Below are positions 28,331-38,488 of a stretch of 64,000 bases of DNA, piece after piece. Every line of letters begins with the position of its first letter. Position 1 is the first letter of the stretch. Source of the DNA: an archaeon (GTDB lineage: Archaea > Undinarchaeota > CAZHTU01 > JBDRCC01); NCBI GenBank assembly GCA_043822065.1, contig JBDRCC010000020.1, forward strand, positions 54,140 to 118,139. Direction: 5' to 3'. The position numbers and the translations under genes are program-made. The notes under the pieces were generated by a model. That model did not search any database and was not told the DNA's origin. It was given only the letters and a program-made list of their open reading frames with translations.

Positions 28331-28729
28331 ATGCGCGCGCAGGCGACCATCATTGAGCAATTCATCCTCTTCGCAGCAGGCTTTGTCCTTTTTATCTACA
28401 TCGCCGTAGGATTTGGCGGGATACAGGGCAAGTTCTTTTTTGAGGCGCAGGAGGGGGACCTCCACTACGTCTCCGAATACGTTGCCCTAGAAATCGAGCG
28501 CGCCTGGAGCCTGATGGAGATCGGGCACGATGCCGAAGTCGAGATTACAATTGGCATTCCGGCGCCGAGGAACACCCTCCTCGAGCTTGACGGCAGCAGC
28601 GTCTGCGCGTCCGCCGACGAAAACCGGGTTTGCACGAAGGCAAACGTTCCCGCATCCCTGAAAGGAAAGACTTATAGTTTAGAAAGATTTAGCATATTCG
28701 GCTCCGGGCAGGAGATCAGGATAGAATGA
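28331..28729 (+). CDS. Type IV pilin-like protein (MRA|QATIIEQFILFAAGFVLFIYI)
   Basis: Class III signal-peptide-like N-terminus. Confidence 0.45.
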   Translation: MRAQATIIEQFILFAAGFVLFIYIAVGFGGIQGKFFFEAQEGDLHYVSEYVALEIERAWSLMEIGHDAEVEITIGIPAPRNTLLELDGSSVCASADENRVCTKANVPASLKGKTYSLERFSIFGSGQEIRIE

Positions 28730-30267
28730 AGGAAATATCGAGAAAGCACATGGGCGAGTGGATGCCGGAAGACAGGAGCAAGGTCGACGAGACTTACGAC
28801 CTGATAAAAGTTGGCTCAAAGGCATTTGCCAAGGCGCGCATACACTGGGATGGGAAGACAAACTCCCTCAAGTACGAAGTCATCGAGCCGAAGATAGACG
28901 ACAGGCTCAAGGGCATACTCAAGCAGATTGAGAGCATACTGATAGACCGGCTCGAGATTAAGTACGACAAGTTCGACATAAAGAAGAGCGAGGACTTCAT
29001 AGGGCGCGAGATGGACGTCATCGCATCAGAGTACAACTTCACGCTTTCCGAGGCAGACAAGACCGCCCTTAGCTATTATCTCCAGCGCGATTTCATCGGG
29101 CTCGAGCGGGTTGAGCCGCTCTTCCAGGACATCAAGCTTGAGGACATATCCTGCGACGGGACGAACGTGCCAGTCTTCGTCTTCCACAGGAACCCCTCGT
29201 ACGGCTCCATCCAGACAAACACAATCTTCAGCACTCAGGACGAAATAGACTCCTTCGTGATGAAGCTCGCCCAGAGGTGCGACCGGGCGATAAGCGTCGC
29301 AGAGCCTCTCCTCGACGGGACCCTCCCAGACGGCTCAAGGGTCCAGGCAACGTTCGGCACTGACGTCTCAAGGCGCGGCTCGACATTTACCATTCGTAAG
29401 TTCACGCCGGAGCCGCTTACGCCGGTGGACCTCCTAAAATTCGGCACGACTGATACTAGGACTCTCGCTTACCTCTGGCTCCTCATCGAGCACGGCTACT
29501 CCATCCTTGTCGCCGGCGCCTCAGCCACCGGCAAGACTGCCCTCCTGAACGCGCTTTCGCTCTTCATCCAGCCGGACGCAAAGATAGTCAGCATAGAGGA
29601 CACTGCCGAGCTCAGGCTTCCGCACGAGAACTGGATACCGCAGGTCGCAAGGATAGGCTTCGGGCCGAGGGACGAGACCGGGGACAAGCTCGGCGAGGTA
29701 AGCATGTTCGACCTGCTCAAGGCAAGCATGAGGCAGAGGCCGGACTACATAATAGTCGGCGAGGTCAGGGGGCAGGAGACCTACGTCCTCTTCCAGGAGA
29801 TGGCATCCGGCCACCCCGGGCTCAGCACCATGCACGCGGACTCCATAGACGCGGTCATGGACAGGCTCGTAACCGAGCCGATATCCCTCCCGCCGAGCCT
29901 GATAGAGAACCTCGACGTCCTGATAGTCATAGTCCGCGAAAAGATCAAGGGCAAATACGTCAGGCGGATAAAGCGGATTGTCGAGGTCACCGGCTTCGAC
30001 GCCAGAAACAACAAGCCGATAATAAACGAGGTCTTCAGGTGGGACCACGCAAAGGACAGCTTCCTGACCGTCTCCGAGAGCAAGCTCCTCAAGGACATAA
30101 TGAACGAGCGCGGGGCAAACAGGGAGAGCCTCAATGAGGAGCTCCACCGGAGGGCGCAGATACTCGAGTGGTTTGTCAAGAAGAAGATTACAAACTACCG
30201 CGACGTTCACAAGTACATAGACATGTACTACACTGACCCTGCCGCGCTCCTTGACACACTAGGATGA
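28726..30267 (+). CDS. Archaeal type IV pilus/archaellum assembly ATPase (FlaI/TadA/VirB11 superfamily)
   Basis: Walker A GASATGKT, Asp/His boxes, FlaI-like N-terminal domain; 513 aa. Confidence 0.75.
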   Translation: MKEISRKHMGEWMPEDRSKVDETYDLIKVGSKAFAKARIHWDGKTNSLKYEVIEPKIDDRLKGILKQIESILIDRLEIKYDKFDIKKSEDFIGREMDVIASEYNFTLSEADKTALSYYLQRDFIGLERVEPLFQDIKLEDISCDGTNVPVFVFHRNPSYGSIQTNTIFSTQDEIDSFVMKLAQRCDRAISVAEPLLDGTLPDGSRVQATFGTDVSRRGSTFTIRKFTPEPLTPVDLLKFGTTDTRTLAYLWLLIEHGYSILVAGASATGKTALLNALSLFIQPDAKIVSIEDTAELRLPHENWIPQVARIGFGPRDETGDKLGEVSMFDLLKASMRQRPDYIIVGEVRGQETYVLFQEMASGHPGLSTMHADSIDAVMDRLVTEPISLPPSLIENLDVLIVIVREKIKGKYVRRIKRIVEVTGFDARNNKPIINEVFRWDHAKDSFLTVSESKLLKDIMNERGANRESLNEELHRRAQILEWFVKKKITNYRDVHKYIDMYYTDPAALLDTLG

Positions 30268-31136
30268 GCAAATACAACGAGCTGGCGCACAGGCTGTTCA
30301 AGAGGCAGGCGGACAGCTACAAGCATTATTTTGACAACCTCCGGATAGACCTCAAGAAGGCCAACATGGCAATCACGATTGAGGAATACCTGTCCACTGC
30401 CATGCTTTCTTCAGTCATCTCTTTTGTCTTCATCTCGCTAATCTGCCTCCCAGTCCTTTCGCTCCTTATCAAGGAAATCAACCCGATATTCCTCGTTCCG
30501 CTGTCCCTGGTCCTAGGCGTTTCTACCGGCTCGGCGGTTTTTGTCGCCTACCTCATGTACCCAACTTCCCAGGAGACAAGAATTAGCAAGCAGATAGACA
30601 TGAACCTCCCGTTTGCTTCCATATACATGGCGACGGTCTCAGGCGCAGGGATACCTGCCCACCAGATGTTCAAGCTCCTCTCCCAGTTCAAGGAATACGG
30701 CGTGGTCTCAAGGGAGGCAGGCACAATCTCCACAGAAACCGAGCTCTTCGGAAAGGACATCCAGGAGGCCATAAAGCGCGCAGCGGAGCGGACGCCAAAC
30801 GAGGACTTCAAGGAGATGCTCTGGGGGATACACACCATAGTCTCCAGCGGCGGGAGCCTTAGGAATTTCCTGAGCAGCACGAGCAAGAACCTCATGCGCC
30901 AGTACAACATGAGGATAGAGCAGTTCGGGAAGAAGCTCTCCATGTTCCTTGAGCTTTACCTGACGCTGATATTCGTCGGGGCGATATTCTTCCTCATACT
31001 CAGCACCATCTTCGGGGCGATAGGCGCCGCGACCTCAACTGTGCTTTTCATGAACAAGCTGATAGTCTACTTCGCCCTCCCAGTCATCACAATCTTCTTC
31101 ATAGCAATAATAAAGAACATTTCACCAGGCGGATGA
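30264..31136 (+). CDS. TadB/TadC (FlaJ)-like membrane protein, first half (single T2SSF domain)
   Basis: T2SSF-type cytoplasmic domain flanked by TM helices; translationally coupled. Confidence 0.55.
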   Translation: MSKYNELAHRLFKRQADSYKHYFDNLRIDLKKANMAITIEEYLSTAMLSSVISFVFISLICLPVLSLLIKEINPIFLVPLSLVLGVSTGSAVFVAYLMYPTSQETRISKQIDMNLPFASIYMATVSGAGIPAHQMFKLLSQFKEYGVVSREAGTISTETELFGKDIQEAIKRAAERTPNEDFKEMLWGIHTIVSSGGSLRNFLSSTSKNLMRQYNMRIEQFGKKLSMFLELYLTLIFVGAIFFLILSTIFGAIGAATSTVLFMNKLIVYFALPVITIFFIAIIKNISPGG

Positions 31137-32050
31137 TAGACCTAAAAGAGATGGCACCGGAAAAGAAGGTCCTTGTGTTCAGCGGAGCGAGTGCAGTTGT
31201 TCTCCTGCTCATCCCGTTCCTCTTCTACGGCAAGCCGGTTTTCCTGAAGCTGATAGGCGGCTTTACCTTTGGTGCCATCCTAATCGCGGCGATACCCTAC
31301 CTTGCGATACTCTACATCCGGAAGCGGCGCGTGGTCGTCCTTGAGGACCAGTTCCCGAACTTCCTGCGGGACATTGGCGAGACTAAGAAGTCCGGCATGA
31401 CACTCCCGCTTGCCATCCAGACAGCGACAAAGATAGACTACGGCGGGCTGAACGACGACATAAAGCTGATGGCAAACCAGATTTCCTGGGGCGTGCCGTT
31501 CCCAGACGTAATCGAAAGGTTCTCCAAGCGGGCAAACTCCCCGTTTATCTCCAGGGCCGTAAGAATCATACTTGAGGCTGAGCGGAGCGGCGGGAACATC
31601 GCCGACGTGCTGGAATCCGTTGCTGAGGACGCAAGGATGATAAAGGAGGCTGAAATCCAGAGGGAGGTCTCCATGAGCGAATACCTCGCGACAGTCTACA
31701 CTATATTCTTTATCTTCCTTGGCATAATCGTTGCGCTCAACCGCATCCTCCTCCCGCTCGCGTCAATCCCGGCAATCTCCGGATTCGGCGTAACCATGGC
31801 TGGCGGGACATACATCTTCAACGTGTCGTTCAAGATACTTTTCCTGCACATGACCCTGATACAGGGGTTCCTCAGCGGCCTCCTTGCAGGGGAGATAAGC
31901 AAGTCCTCGCTGGTCGCAGGGCTCAAGCACTCCCTTATTTTCGTGCTTGCGGCATTCTTCGTGTTTATGGTCGCAGTCTATGACTTCCAGATCCAGTGCA
32001 TGTTTGCGCCCACAGTGTCCATGTTCGAGGCGATGGGCTGCATCGGCTAA
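31133..32050 (+). CDS. TadB/TadC (FlaJ)-like membrane protein, second half (single T2SSF domain)
   Basis: Second T2SSF-like domain protein; overlaps the previous stop. Confidence 0.55.
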   Translation: MIDLKEMAPEKKVLVFSGASAVVLLLIPFLFYGKPVFLKLIGGFTFGAILIAAIPYLAILYIRKRRVVVLEDQFPNFLRDIGETKKSGMTLPLAIQTATKIDYGGLNDDIKLMANQISWGVPFPDVIERFSKRANSPFISRAVRIILEAERSGGNIADVLESVAEDARMIKEAEIQREVSMSEYLATVYTIFFIFLGIIVALNRILLPLASIPAISGFGVTMAGGTYIFNVSFKILFLHMTLIQGFLSGLLAGEISKSSLVAGLKHSLIFVLAAFFVFMVAVYDFQIQCMFAPTVSMFEAMGCIG

Positions 32051-32051
32051 G

Positions 32052-32516
32052 ATGAGGGGACAAAACTATCTGGGCTTCTTAGTGTCATCCGTAGTCCTCC
32101 TGATTGTTGTTGCCTATGCCGCATCATCCATGGTCGACATCGTTGTCCCTGCGCTGGAGGACAGGCAGGAAATGCTGATGGAGGTCCGCGCCTACTCTAT
32201 CTTCCACCAGCTAGTGTCTTCGCCAGGCTACAAGGCGTCCTGGGAGGCAAGCCCCGGCTCGGTTGAGTTCATAGGGCTTGCAGAGGAATACGGCACCCTC
32301 TCATCGGCAAAGCTGCAGGCGCTGAAAAAGGCAAGCCCGGAAAAAATAAAGCAGTCTTTCGGCGATGAATACGACTATCAGATATGCCTTGGCGGATGCG
32401 GCGCGTACAGCGTCTCGACATCCTCTGTTGTCGAATCCCAAAGCGAGGTGTTTGTCCAATTCCCGGTAGCGATTGACGACGGGACTTACTCAACCTTGCG
32501 GGTGGTTGTCAGATGA
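32052..32516 (+). CDS. Type IV pilin-like protein (MRG|QNYLGFLVSSVVLLIVVAYA)
   Basis: Class III signal peptide with Gln+1; start set internal to the listed ORF. Confidence 0.5.
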   Translation: MRGQNYLGFLVSSVVLLIVVAYAASSMVDIVVPALEDRQEMLMEVRAYSIFHQLVSSPGYKASWEASPGSVEFIGLAEEYGTLSSAKLQALKKASPEKIKQSFGDEYDYQICLGGCGAYSVSTSSVVESQSEVFVQFPVAIDDGTYSTLRVVVR

Positions 32517-32914
32517 GGGCGTGGCTTAGGATTATCGAGGTCGTGATGGCAGCAATCCTGCTTATATCCTTCCTGCACCTTGCGCAGTCCCTTGCCTTTT
32601 ACGAGCCTGACGTCAACCGCAAGCTGGCTGACCTGAACGTCCTCTCCCAGCAGGTCCTGCTTACGCTTGATAGCACCCCCATTGGCGAGAGCTACCTTCA
32701 GGAGGCAGTGCGCGCATCCGATTATGCAATGCTTAACGAGAAGACTGCGGAGATAGTCCCGCCGACCTACTTATTTGCTTACTCTACCGATGCAGTCTCA
32801 GCTAAGCTCCCTGCAGAGCCAGACATAGGCCACAGCTCTTATCTTGTTTCTTATCTCTCAGGCGGGGAAGTCAAGACAAAAAAAGTCGTGCTGTATGTCT
32901 GGAGGGCGATATGA
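32513..32914 (+). CDS. Type IV pilin-like protein (MRA|WLRIIEVVMAAILLISF)
   Basis: Class III signal-peptide-like N-terminus. Confidence 0.4.
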   Translation: MRAWLRIIEVVMAAILLISFLHLAQSLAFYEPDVNRKLADLNVLSQQVLLTLDSTPIGESYLQEAVRASDYAMLNEKTAEIVPPTYLFAYSTDAVSAKLPAEPDIGHSSYLVSYLSGGEVKTKKVVLYVWRAI

Positions 32915-33288
32915 GGGGGCAGTTCTTCATCCTCAGTGCAGTGATAATAATCGCGGCCATAGCTGGCATCGTCGTGCTCCTTTCCGGCGAGACAGTCTCA
33001 CTCTACGCCAATGTAAACGATGACACGGACTTCAGGCTTTACAACCTCGAGTCGCAGGCCGAGACTGTGCTCCGGCTTTCAGTCCAGGCCGGGCTCTCGC
33101 TAAGCCAGATTGAGGACGCGTTCTCAGGTTACGCCGAATACTCGGAGCGCGAGCTTGCAAAGGAGAGGATTTCCGCAACTTGGGAGTATGAGCTGTCCGG
33201 CAGCCAGTCAAGCCCAACCCTCACCTACACGCTAACCCTGAAAAACGGAAAAACCGTCGTGCGGGACTCAGCAGCCGTTTCTCCATAG
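32911..33288 (+). CDS. Type IV pilin-like protein (MRG|QFFILSAVIIIAAIAGIVVLL)
   Basis: Class III signal peptide with Gln+1. Confidence 0.5.
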   Translation: MRGQFFILSAVIIIAAIAGIVVLLSGETVSLYANVNDDTDFRLYNLESQAETVLRLSVQAGLSLSQIEDAFSGYAEYSERELAKERISATWEYELSGSQSSPTLTYTLTLKNGKTVVRDSAAVSP

Positions 33289-33324
33289 GAAAAGATTTAT
33301 ACTATCCACCCATTAAAATGCACC

Positions 33325-33939
33325 ATGATTGAGGAGCTTCTAGGGGAGGTTGGAGCCGTCAAATTCGGCGAATTTACCTGGAAATCCGGAAAACAGGCGC
33401 CTTATTATGTCGACCTCAGGATACTGCCAAGCTTTCCGGAGGCGTTCAAGATAGTCGCGTCACAGATGGCGGAAGCCGTGAAAAAAATCCCAGACTACCA
33501 GTCGCGCAGGCTGGTTGGCGTCCCGCTGTCCGGCATATCCTTTGCGACCGCTGTCGGCCTGGAGCTGAACATGCCGGTGCTCTTTGCCAGGAAAGAGGCA
33601 AAGGGGCACGGCACCAAGAAGCTGCTTGAGGGGATTTTCAAGGCAGGTGACAGGGTAATTCTCATAGAAGACGTAATCTCGACAGGCGTCAGCTCATCAG
33701 AGACGATAAGCAAGCTAAAAGAGGGGGGCCTTGCCGTCGAGGACATAGTCGCCGTGCTTGAGCACGGGATTGGCGGCAGGGAGAACCTGCACGCGCTCGG
33801 CCTTAGGGTCCACACCCTCACCAACATGACAAAGATTGTCAAGAGGCTTTCTTCCGGCGGAAAGGTCCCAAAGGAAAAGGTGAAAACAGTTGAGGAGTTT
33901 GTCAAAGCCGCCCTTACGGAACGAAATGCTAAGAACTAA
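33325..33939 (+). CDS. pyrE: Orotate phosphoribosyltransferase
   Basis: PRPP-binding RVILIEDVISTGVSS and an OPRTase N-terminus. Confidence 0.8.
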   Translation: MIEELLGEVGAVKFGEFTWKSGKQAPYYVDLRILPSFPEAFKIVASQMAEAVKKIPDYQSRRLVGVPLSGISFATAVGLELNMPVLFARKEAKGHGTKKLLEGIFKAGDRVILIEDVISTGVSSSETISKLKEGGLAVEDIVAVLEHGIGGRENLHALGLRVHTLTNMTKIVKRLSSGGKVPKEKVKTVEEFVKAALTERNAKN

Positions 33940-34813
33940 GCTCGCAGGCGTCGAATTAAGGAACCCGCTTATACTTGCCTCAGGCATACTTGGGGACACA
34001 GGGCCCTCCCTCAAGCGGGCTTATGAGGCTGGCGCAGGCGCGGTCACGACAAAGTCGATAAACGCAACAGAGCGCGAAGGCCACCCCAACCCGATAATAG
34101 TCGAGTACGAGCACGGCCTCCTGAATGCGGTGGGGCTTTCCTCCCAGCCGGCCGAGAAGTTCCTAAATGAGATAGACGCGTACTCCTTCCCGATCATAGT
34201 CAGCGTCCAGGGGCGCAAGCCGGAGGACTACGTGTCCGTCATCAAGCGGCTTGAGCAGAAGGCTGCAATTTTTGAGCTTAACCTTTCCTGCCCCAACATA
34301 GAGGGCATCATGCCGGCCGGCGACCCTGGCGAGGTGAAAAAAATAGTCTCCCTGGCATCAGCCTCAACCCAAAAGCCGGTTTTCGTCAAGCTAAGCCCTA
34401 ACGTCCCTGACATTGCATCAATCGCAATGGCTGCCGAGCGCGCAGGTGCGGACGGAATAACCGCGATAAATACAGTCGGCCCTGGGATGGTTATCGACAT
34501 AGAGACAAAACAGCCAATACTCTCCTTCAAGAAGGGCGGCGTCTCCGGGCCCGCCATACGCCCGGTCGCGGTAAGGTGTATCTACGATATCTACGAAGCA
34601 GTGGAAATACCAATCATCGGCGTCGGCGGGGTTTTAACATGGGCGGATGCAGTCGAATTTGTCCTTGCGGGCGCAGTAGGCATCGGCGTCGGCACTGCGA
34701 TAATGTACAGCGGCCTCCCAATCTTCAAGGAAATAGAGCAGGGGCTTTCTGCCTACCTCAAAAAGAACAAATTCAGCTCGCTTGATGAGCTCAGGGGGCT
34801 TGCCCATGAATAG
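33926..34813 (+). CDS. pyrD: Dihydroorotate dehydrogenase, catalytic subunit (class 1B)
   Basis: LRNPLILASG, NLSCPN motifs; start set to MLRTKLAG. Confidence 0.8.
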   Translation: MLRTKLAGVELRNPLILASGILGDTGPSLKRAYEAGAGAVTTKSINATEREGHPNPIIVEYEHGLLNAVGLSSQPAEKFLNEIDAYSFPIIVSVQGRKPEDYVSVIKRLEQKAAIFELNLSCPNIEGIMPAGDPGEVKKIVSLASASTQKPVFVKLSPNVPDIASIAMAAERAGADGITAINTVGPGMVIDIETKQPILSFKKGGVSGPAIRPVAVRCIYDIYEAVEIPIIGVGGVLTWADAVEFVLAGAVGIGVGTAIMYSGLPIFKEIEQGLSAYLKKNKFSSLDELRGLAHE

Positions 34814-35555
34814 GCCGGAGGTAGTCTCAATAACAAAGGTCGTCCAGCACGCCCCTGACATACGGACGTTCATCCTCTCAAAAAGCTTCTCCCCGCGCGC
34901 CGGGCAGTTCTGCATGGTTTGGGTGCCTGGCACGGGCGAGATACCAATGTCCTTCTCACATGAGAACGGATTCACCGTCAGGAAGGTCGGCAAGGTCAGC
35001 TCTGCCCTTTTCAAAATGAAGCCGGGCGACAAGCTTGGAATCCGCGGCCCGTACGGGAACGGGTTCAAGCTCAAGGGGAAGAGCGCGCTCATCGTCGCGG
35101 GCGGCTGCGGCGTTGCTCCGCTCCTTTTGCTTAACAAGCAGCTAAAGGCGAAAAAGGCAGTCATACAGGGCGGCTCAACCAAGCGCGACCTCGTCTTCAA
35201 GGGGGAGCTCGGCAGCATAAAATGCACCGACGACGGCTCGGAAGGCTACAAGGGGTTCCCTACATCCAAGGTCGAGGAGCTCCTGAATAAAACGAAGTTC
35301 GACCAGATTTACACCTGCGGCCCGGAAGCCATGATGGCAAAGGTAGTTGAAATCGGGGCGCGGCACAGGATTCCTGTCCAAGCCAGCCTTGAGCGGTACA
35401 TGAAGTGCGCGTGCGGCATCTGCGGCTCGTGCGTCCTTGACCCGAGCGGCCTTCTGGTCTGCAAGGACGGCCCAGTATTTACCGGGCGGCAGCTGCGCGG
35501 GACAAGCTTTGGAAAGACAAGGAGGTCGAAATCAGGTAAAAAATGCACGATTTAG
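34806..35555 (+). CDS. pyrK: Dihydroorotate dehydrogenase electron-transfer subunit
   Basis: FAD/NAD-binding fold plus C-terminal CACGICGSC cluster motif; start at MNRPEVV. Confidence 0.75.
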   Translation: MNRPEVVSITKVVQHAPDIRTFILSKSFSPRAGQFCMVWVPGTGEIPMSFSHENGFTVRKVGKVSSALFKMKPGDKLGIRGPYGNGFKLKGKSALIVAGGCGVAPLLLLNKQLKAKKAVIQGGSTKRDLVFKGELGSIKCTDDGSEGYKGFPTSKVEELLNKTKFDQIYTCGPEAMMAKVVEIGARHRIPVQASLERYMKCACGICGSCVLDPSGLLVCKDGPVFTGRQLRGTSFGKTRRSKSGKKCTI

Positions 35556-36820
35556 TCATCCTCAACGCAAAGGTCATGCGCCCAAAGGGGCTGGACGGGG
35601 TAAACATTGGAATCGACGGCGGCAAGATAACTGCCTTTGCAAAAAGCAAAATCCGCGCCGAGCGCACAATAGATGCGACCAGCTTCATAGTGCTTCCTGG
35701 GCTGATAGACATCCACGCCCATTTCCGCGACCCAGGCGAGACAAAAAAGGAGGACTTCTTCACAGGCACCTGTGCGGCGGCGCACTCCGGCGTGACTACT
35801 GTCTTTGACATGCCGAATAATGACCCTCCAATCAAGAGCATGTCCGACCTGAGGCGGAAGGACAAGATAGTCTCAGGCAAGGCGGTTATTGACTATGCGC
35901 TCTACCTTGGGGCAAAAAACCCCTACGAGGTTAAGGAGTCCCCGCTCACCAAATTCTACACCGGCGGCTCCCAGCAGCTCTCAGTCTCCGAAAGGGAGTT
36001 TGAATCGTGCTATGCCGAAGCCAAGCACGCAGTCGTCCACGCAGAGGACTCGCAGGTCGTCGAGGCGAACCGGGCCAAAATAAAGAACCCGACAATCAAG
36101 GACCAATGCAGGATACAGGACGCCGAGTCTGCAGTCAAGGGGATAGAATTTGTCGGCAGGATGTACCGGACCCACCAGCGCCAGACGCACGTAACCCACA
36201 TTTCGACTCCAGCAGAAATATCCGCGCTCCTTCCGGGGATAAGCTGCGACATGACGCCGCACCACCTCCTCCTCAGCAGGGACGATGCGGTCAACAACTT
36301 CTACAAGGTCGACCCGCCCCTCAGGCCGAAGGAGGACCAGAAAAAGCTCTGGCAGGAGCTCGAGGCAAGGGTCACAATGCTCTCCACCGACCACGCGCCG
36401 CACCTTAAGTCTGAAAAGGAGAAGGACTTTGAGGAAGCGCCGTCCGGCCTGCCAGAACTGGACACTTACCTCCCCCTAATGCTAACAAAGGTAAACCAGG
36501 GCCTTCTCTCGCTGACTACATTTGTCAAGATGGCGTCTTCAAATCCCGCAGCGATATTCGGCTTAGAGTCAAAGGGCGCGATAGACATCGGCAAGGACGC
36601 CGACTTTGCGATAATAAACCTAAAAGAGGAAGGAGCTATACGGTCTGACAGCCTTTTCACCAAATGCGGCTGGACGCCGTACGAGGGCTGGAAAACTATA
36701 GGAAGCCTGAAAACGACGATAGTCCGCGGAGAAATTGTTTTTGATAACGGCGAGGTGACAAAGAAAAAATGGGGCAAGAATCTCCTATTGTCCTCGCGCT
36801 CGACACAACAGACAGAGTAA
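35543..36820 (+). CDS. pyrC: Dihydroorotase
   Basis: PGLIDIHAHFRDPG metal-binding motif and amidohydrolase fold. Confidence 0.75.
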   Translation: MHDLVILNAKVMRPKGLDGVNIGIDGGKITAFAKSKIRAERTIDATSFIVLPGLIDIHAHFRDPGETKKEDFFTGTCAAAHSGVTTVFDMPNNDPPIKSMSDLRRKDKIVSGKAVIDYALYLGAKNPYEVKESPLTKFYTGGSQQLSVSEREFESCYAEAKHAVVHAEDSQVVEANRAKIKNPTIKDQCRIQDAESAVKGIEFVGRMYRTHQRQTHVTHISTPAEISALLPGISCDMTPHHLLLSRDDAVNNFYKVDPPLRPKEDQKKLWQELEARVTMLSTDHAPHLKSEKEKDFEEAPSGLPELDTYLPLMLTKVNQGLLSLTTFVKMASSNPAAIFGLESKGAIDIGKDADFAIINLKEEGAIRSDSLFTKCGWTPYEGWKTIGSLKTTIVRGEIVFDNGEVTKKKWGKNLLLSSRSTQQTE

Positions 36821-37398
36821 GGGCGCTCGAGGTTGTTGAGAAGACAAGGGACCATTTGGCTGCGGTTAAGATAGGGTGGCCTGCACTTCTCAGCCTTGGC
36901 AAGGGCTTCATAACGGAAATCCGCAGAATGGGCATTCCTGTAATCGCAGACCTCAAGCTGGCTGACATTGACAACACAATAAAGCTCATAGTGGACCAGG
37001 TGCTCGCCGCCGGTGCGGAATACGTCATCGGCCAGCCGTTTGTCGGGAAGCAGTCCTACGGGCTTGTAAACCCGAAGAAGCTGATTCTCGTCGTTGAGAT
37101 GAGCCACCCAGGCGCGCTTGAGTACATCCAGGGGCACACGGAGGCGTTCTGCAAAATGGCAAAGGAGCTTGGTGTGCATGGGATAGTCGCCCCCGCGACC
37201 AGGCCTGAGCGGGTCAGGCAGATACGCGAGTGGGTCGGCCCTGACATAAAGATATACTCCCCTGGGGTCGGAGCCCAGGGCGGAAGTGGAAAAGACGTGC
37301 TTGCCGCAGGCGCGAACTACATCATCGTCGGAAGGACGATATACGGCGACAAGGAGCCGGGAAAGGCAGTAAAAAAAGTTTTAGATTCCCTGAAGTAA
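36769..37398 (+). CDS. pyrF: Orotidine 5'-phosphate decarboxylase
   Basis: IVLALD...KIG...DLKLADIDNT motifs. Confidence 0.75.
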   Translation: MGQESPIVLALDTTDRVRALEVVEKTRDHLAAVKIGWPALLSLGKGFITEIRRMGIPVIADLKLADIDNTIKLIVDQVLAAGAEYVIGQPFVGKQSYGLVNPKKLILVVEMSHPGALEYIQGHTEAFCKMAKELGVHGIVAPATRPERVRQIREWVGPDIKIYSPGVGAQGGSGKDVLAAGANYIIVGRTIYGDKEPGKAVKKVLDSLK

Positions 37399-38478
37399 CT
37401 AATCCATCTTGTATCTCAGGAAGGCGGCAAACCCGCCAATCCTGAAAAGCTGTTCGCCCTCAGGCGTCTCACGCGATATAAGCATGACCTTCGTCCCGAA
37501 CTCCTGGGACCTCTTGACTATGCCATCGGCAACCGCCTTGTCCGCGCCCTCTGATACCAGTATGGTGTCCGCAGCCCCCTGCTCAAGCGCCTTTAAGACA
37601 TAGTCCTTGCCGTACGTCACAGCGCCGTCTTTTGCAATCTCGTCCAGAAGCCTCCGTATCACCTGCTTCTCTTTCGTTATCTCCGCATCCTTGAGGAGGT
37701 CCTCTGACCTCTGGACAAGCTCCTCCAGCCCGTAGGATCCTGTATACCCGATGTCGACGACGCCAAGTATCTTGCTGGTGAGGCTCGGCGGTATATTGTC
37801 TAAAAATTCGTTCTTGCTATGGCCAGGTCCGCCGACTATTATCCCCTTAACTTCAGCATCCTTGAGTATCTCTATCGAGGACTCTACAATCTGCTTGTAC
37901 CAGTCCTTTGCGAGGTTCTCTATGACGCGCTCGAACCTTGCCGCGGACTGCCCCCCTGCCCTGAATTTTCCGGGAACCATGCTTGACATGTGCTTTACCG
38001 GGACAATCCTCTTGCCCTTCAGGAATGCGATGTCAGCCTCCCGCCTGTCGACTACTATCAGCGCATAAACGTCCTTTTCCTTGACCATCTCGAGCAGCGG
38101 GTCGAGGACGAACTCCTGCGAGCACCGGTAAAGCGCAATCTTCAGCGGGTCCGGCGGGATTAGGGAATGCAGCTGGATGTCCTCCCTGCCCTCCGTCTGC
38201 GAGACGTTCCCGCAGAAAACGGCCAGCCCGTTTTTCGGCGTCTGCTTGAAGAGCTTGAGGTGCTGGATTATCCGCTCAAGGGCGGCTGTGACGTTTTTCC
38301 TTGTCGTCTTGGACTTGATGTTCTGGCTCGTCCCCTGCTCGTCGTAAAGCTTGCCTATGACCTTGTTGATGTCGTAGCCGTCAGGTATGTAGACCGTAAT
38401 CAGTTCGGTGTGCCTCCCGCGCTGGTTGGTGAGCTCTTCAATCTCCCGCTTAAACCTGTATGCTTCAATATCCGTCAT
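37399..38478 (-). CDS. prf1: Peptide chain release factor aRF1
   Basis: NIKS motif (NIKSKTTRKNV) and GGQ (RAGGQSAARF). Confidence 0.85.
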   Translation of the reverse strand: MTDIEAYRFKREIEELTNQRGRHTELITVYIPDGYDINKVIGKLYDEQGTSQNIKSKTTRKNVTAALERIIQHLKLFKQTPKNGLAVFCGNVSQTEGREDIQLHSLIPPDPLKIALYRCSQEFVLDPLLEMVKEKDVYALIVVDRREADIAFLKGKRIVPVKHMSSMVPGKFRAGGQSAARFERVIENLAKDWYKQIVESSIEILKDAEVKGIIVGGPGHSKNEFLDNIPPSLTSKILGVVDIGYTGSYGLEELVQRSEDLLKDAEITKEKQVIRRLLDEIAKDGAVTYGKDYVLKALEQGAADTILVSEGADKAVADGIVKRSQEFGTKVMLISRETPEGEQLFRIGGFAAFLRYKMD

Positions 38479-38488
38479 ATAAAGAGGA

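Noticed and set aside
36769-36820. 52-nt overlap between pyrC and pyrF as evidence of a frameshift or pseudogene
   Set aside because: Both ORFs show full-length family motifs; overlap is common in this compact, translationally coupled genome and the alternative downstream pyrF start is absent.
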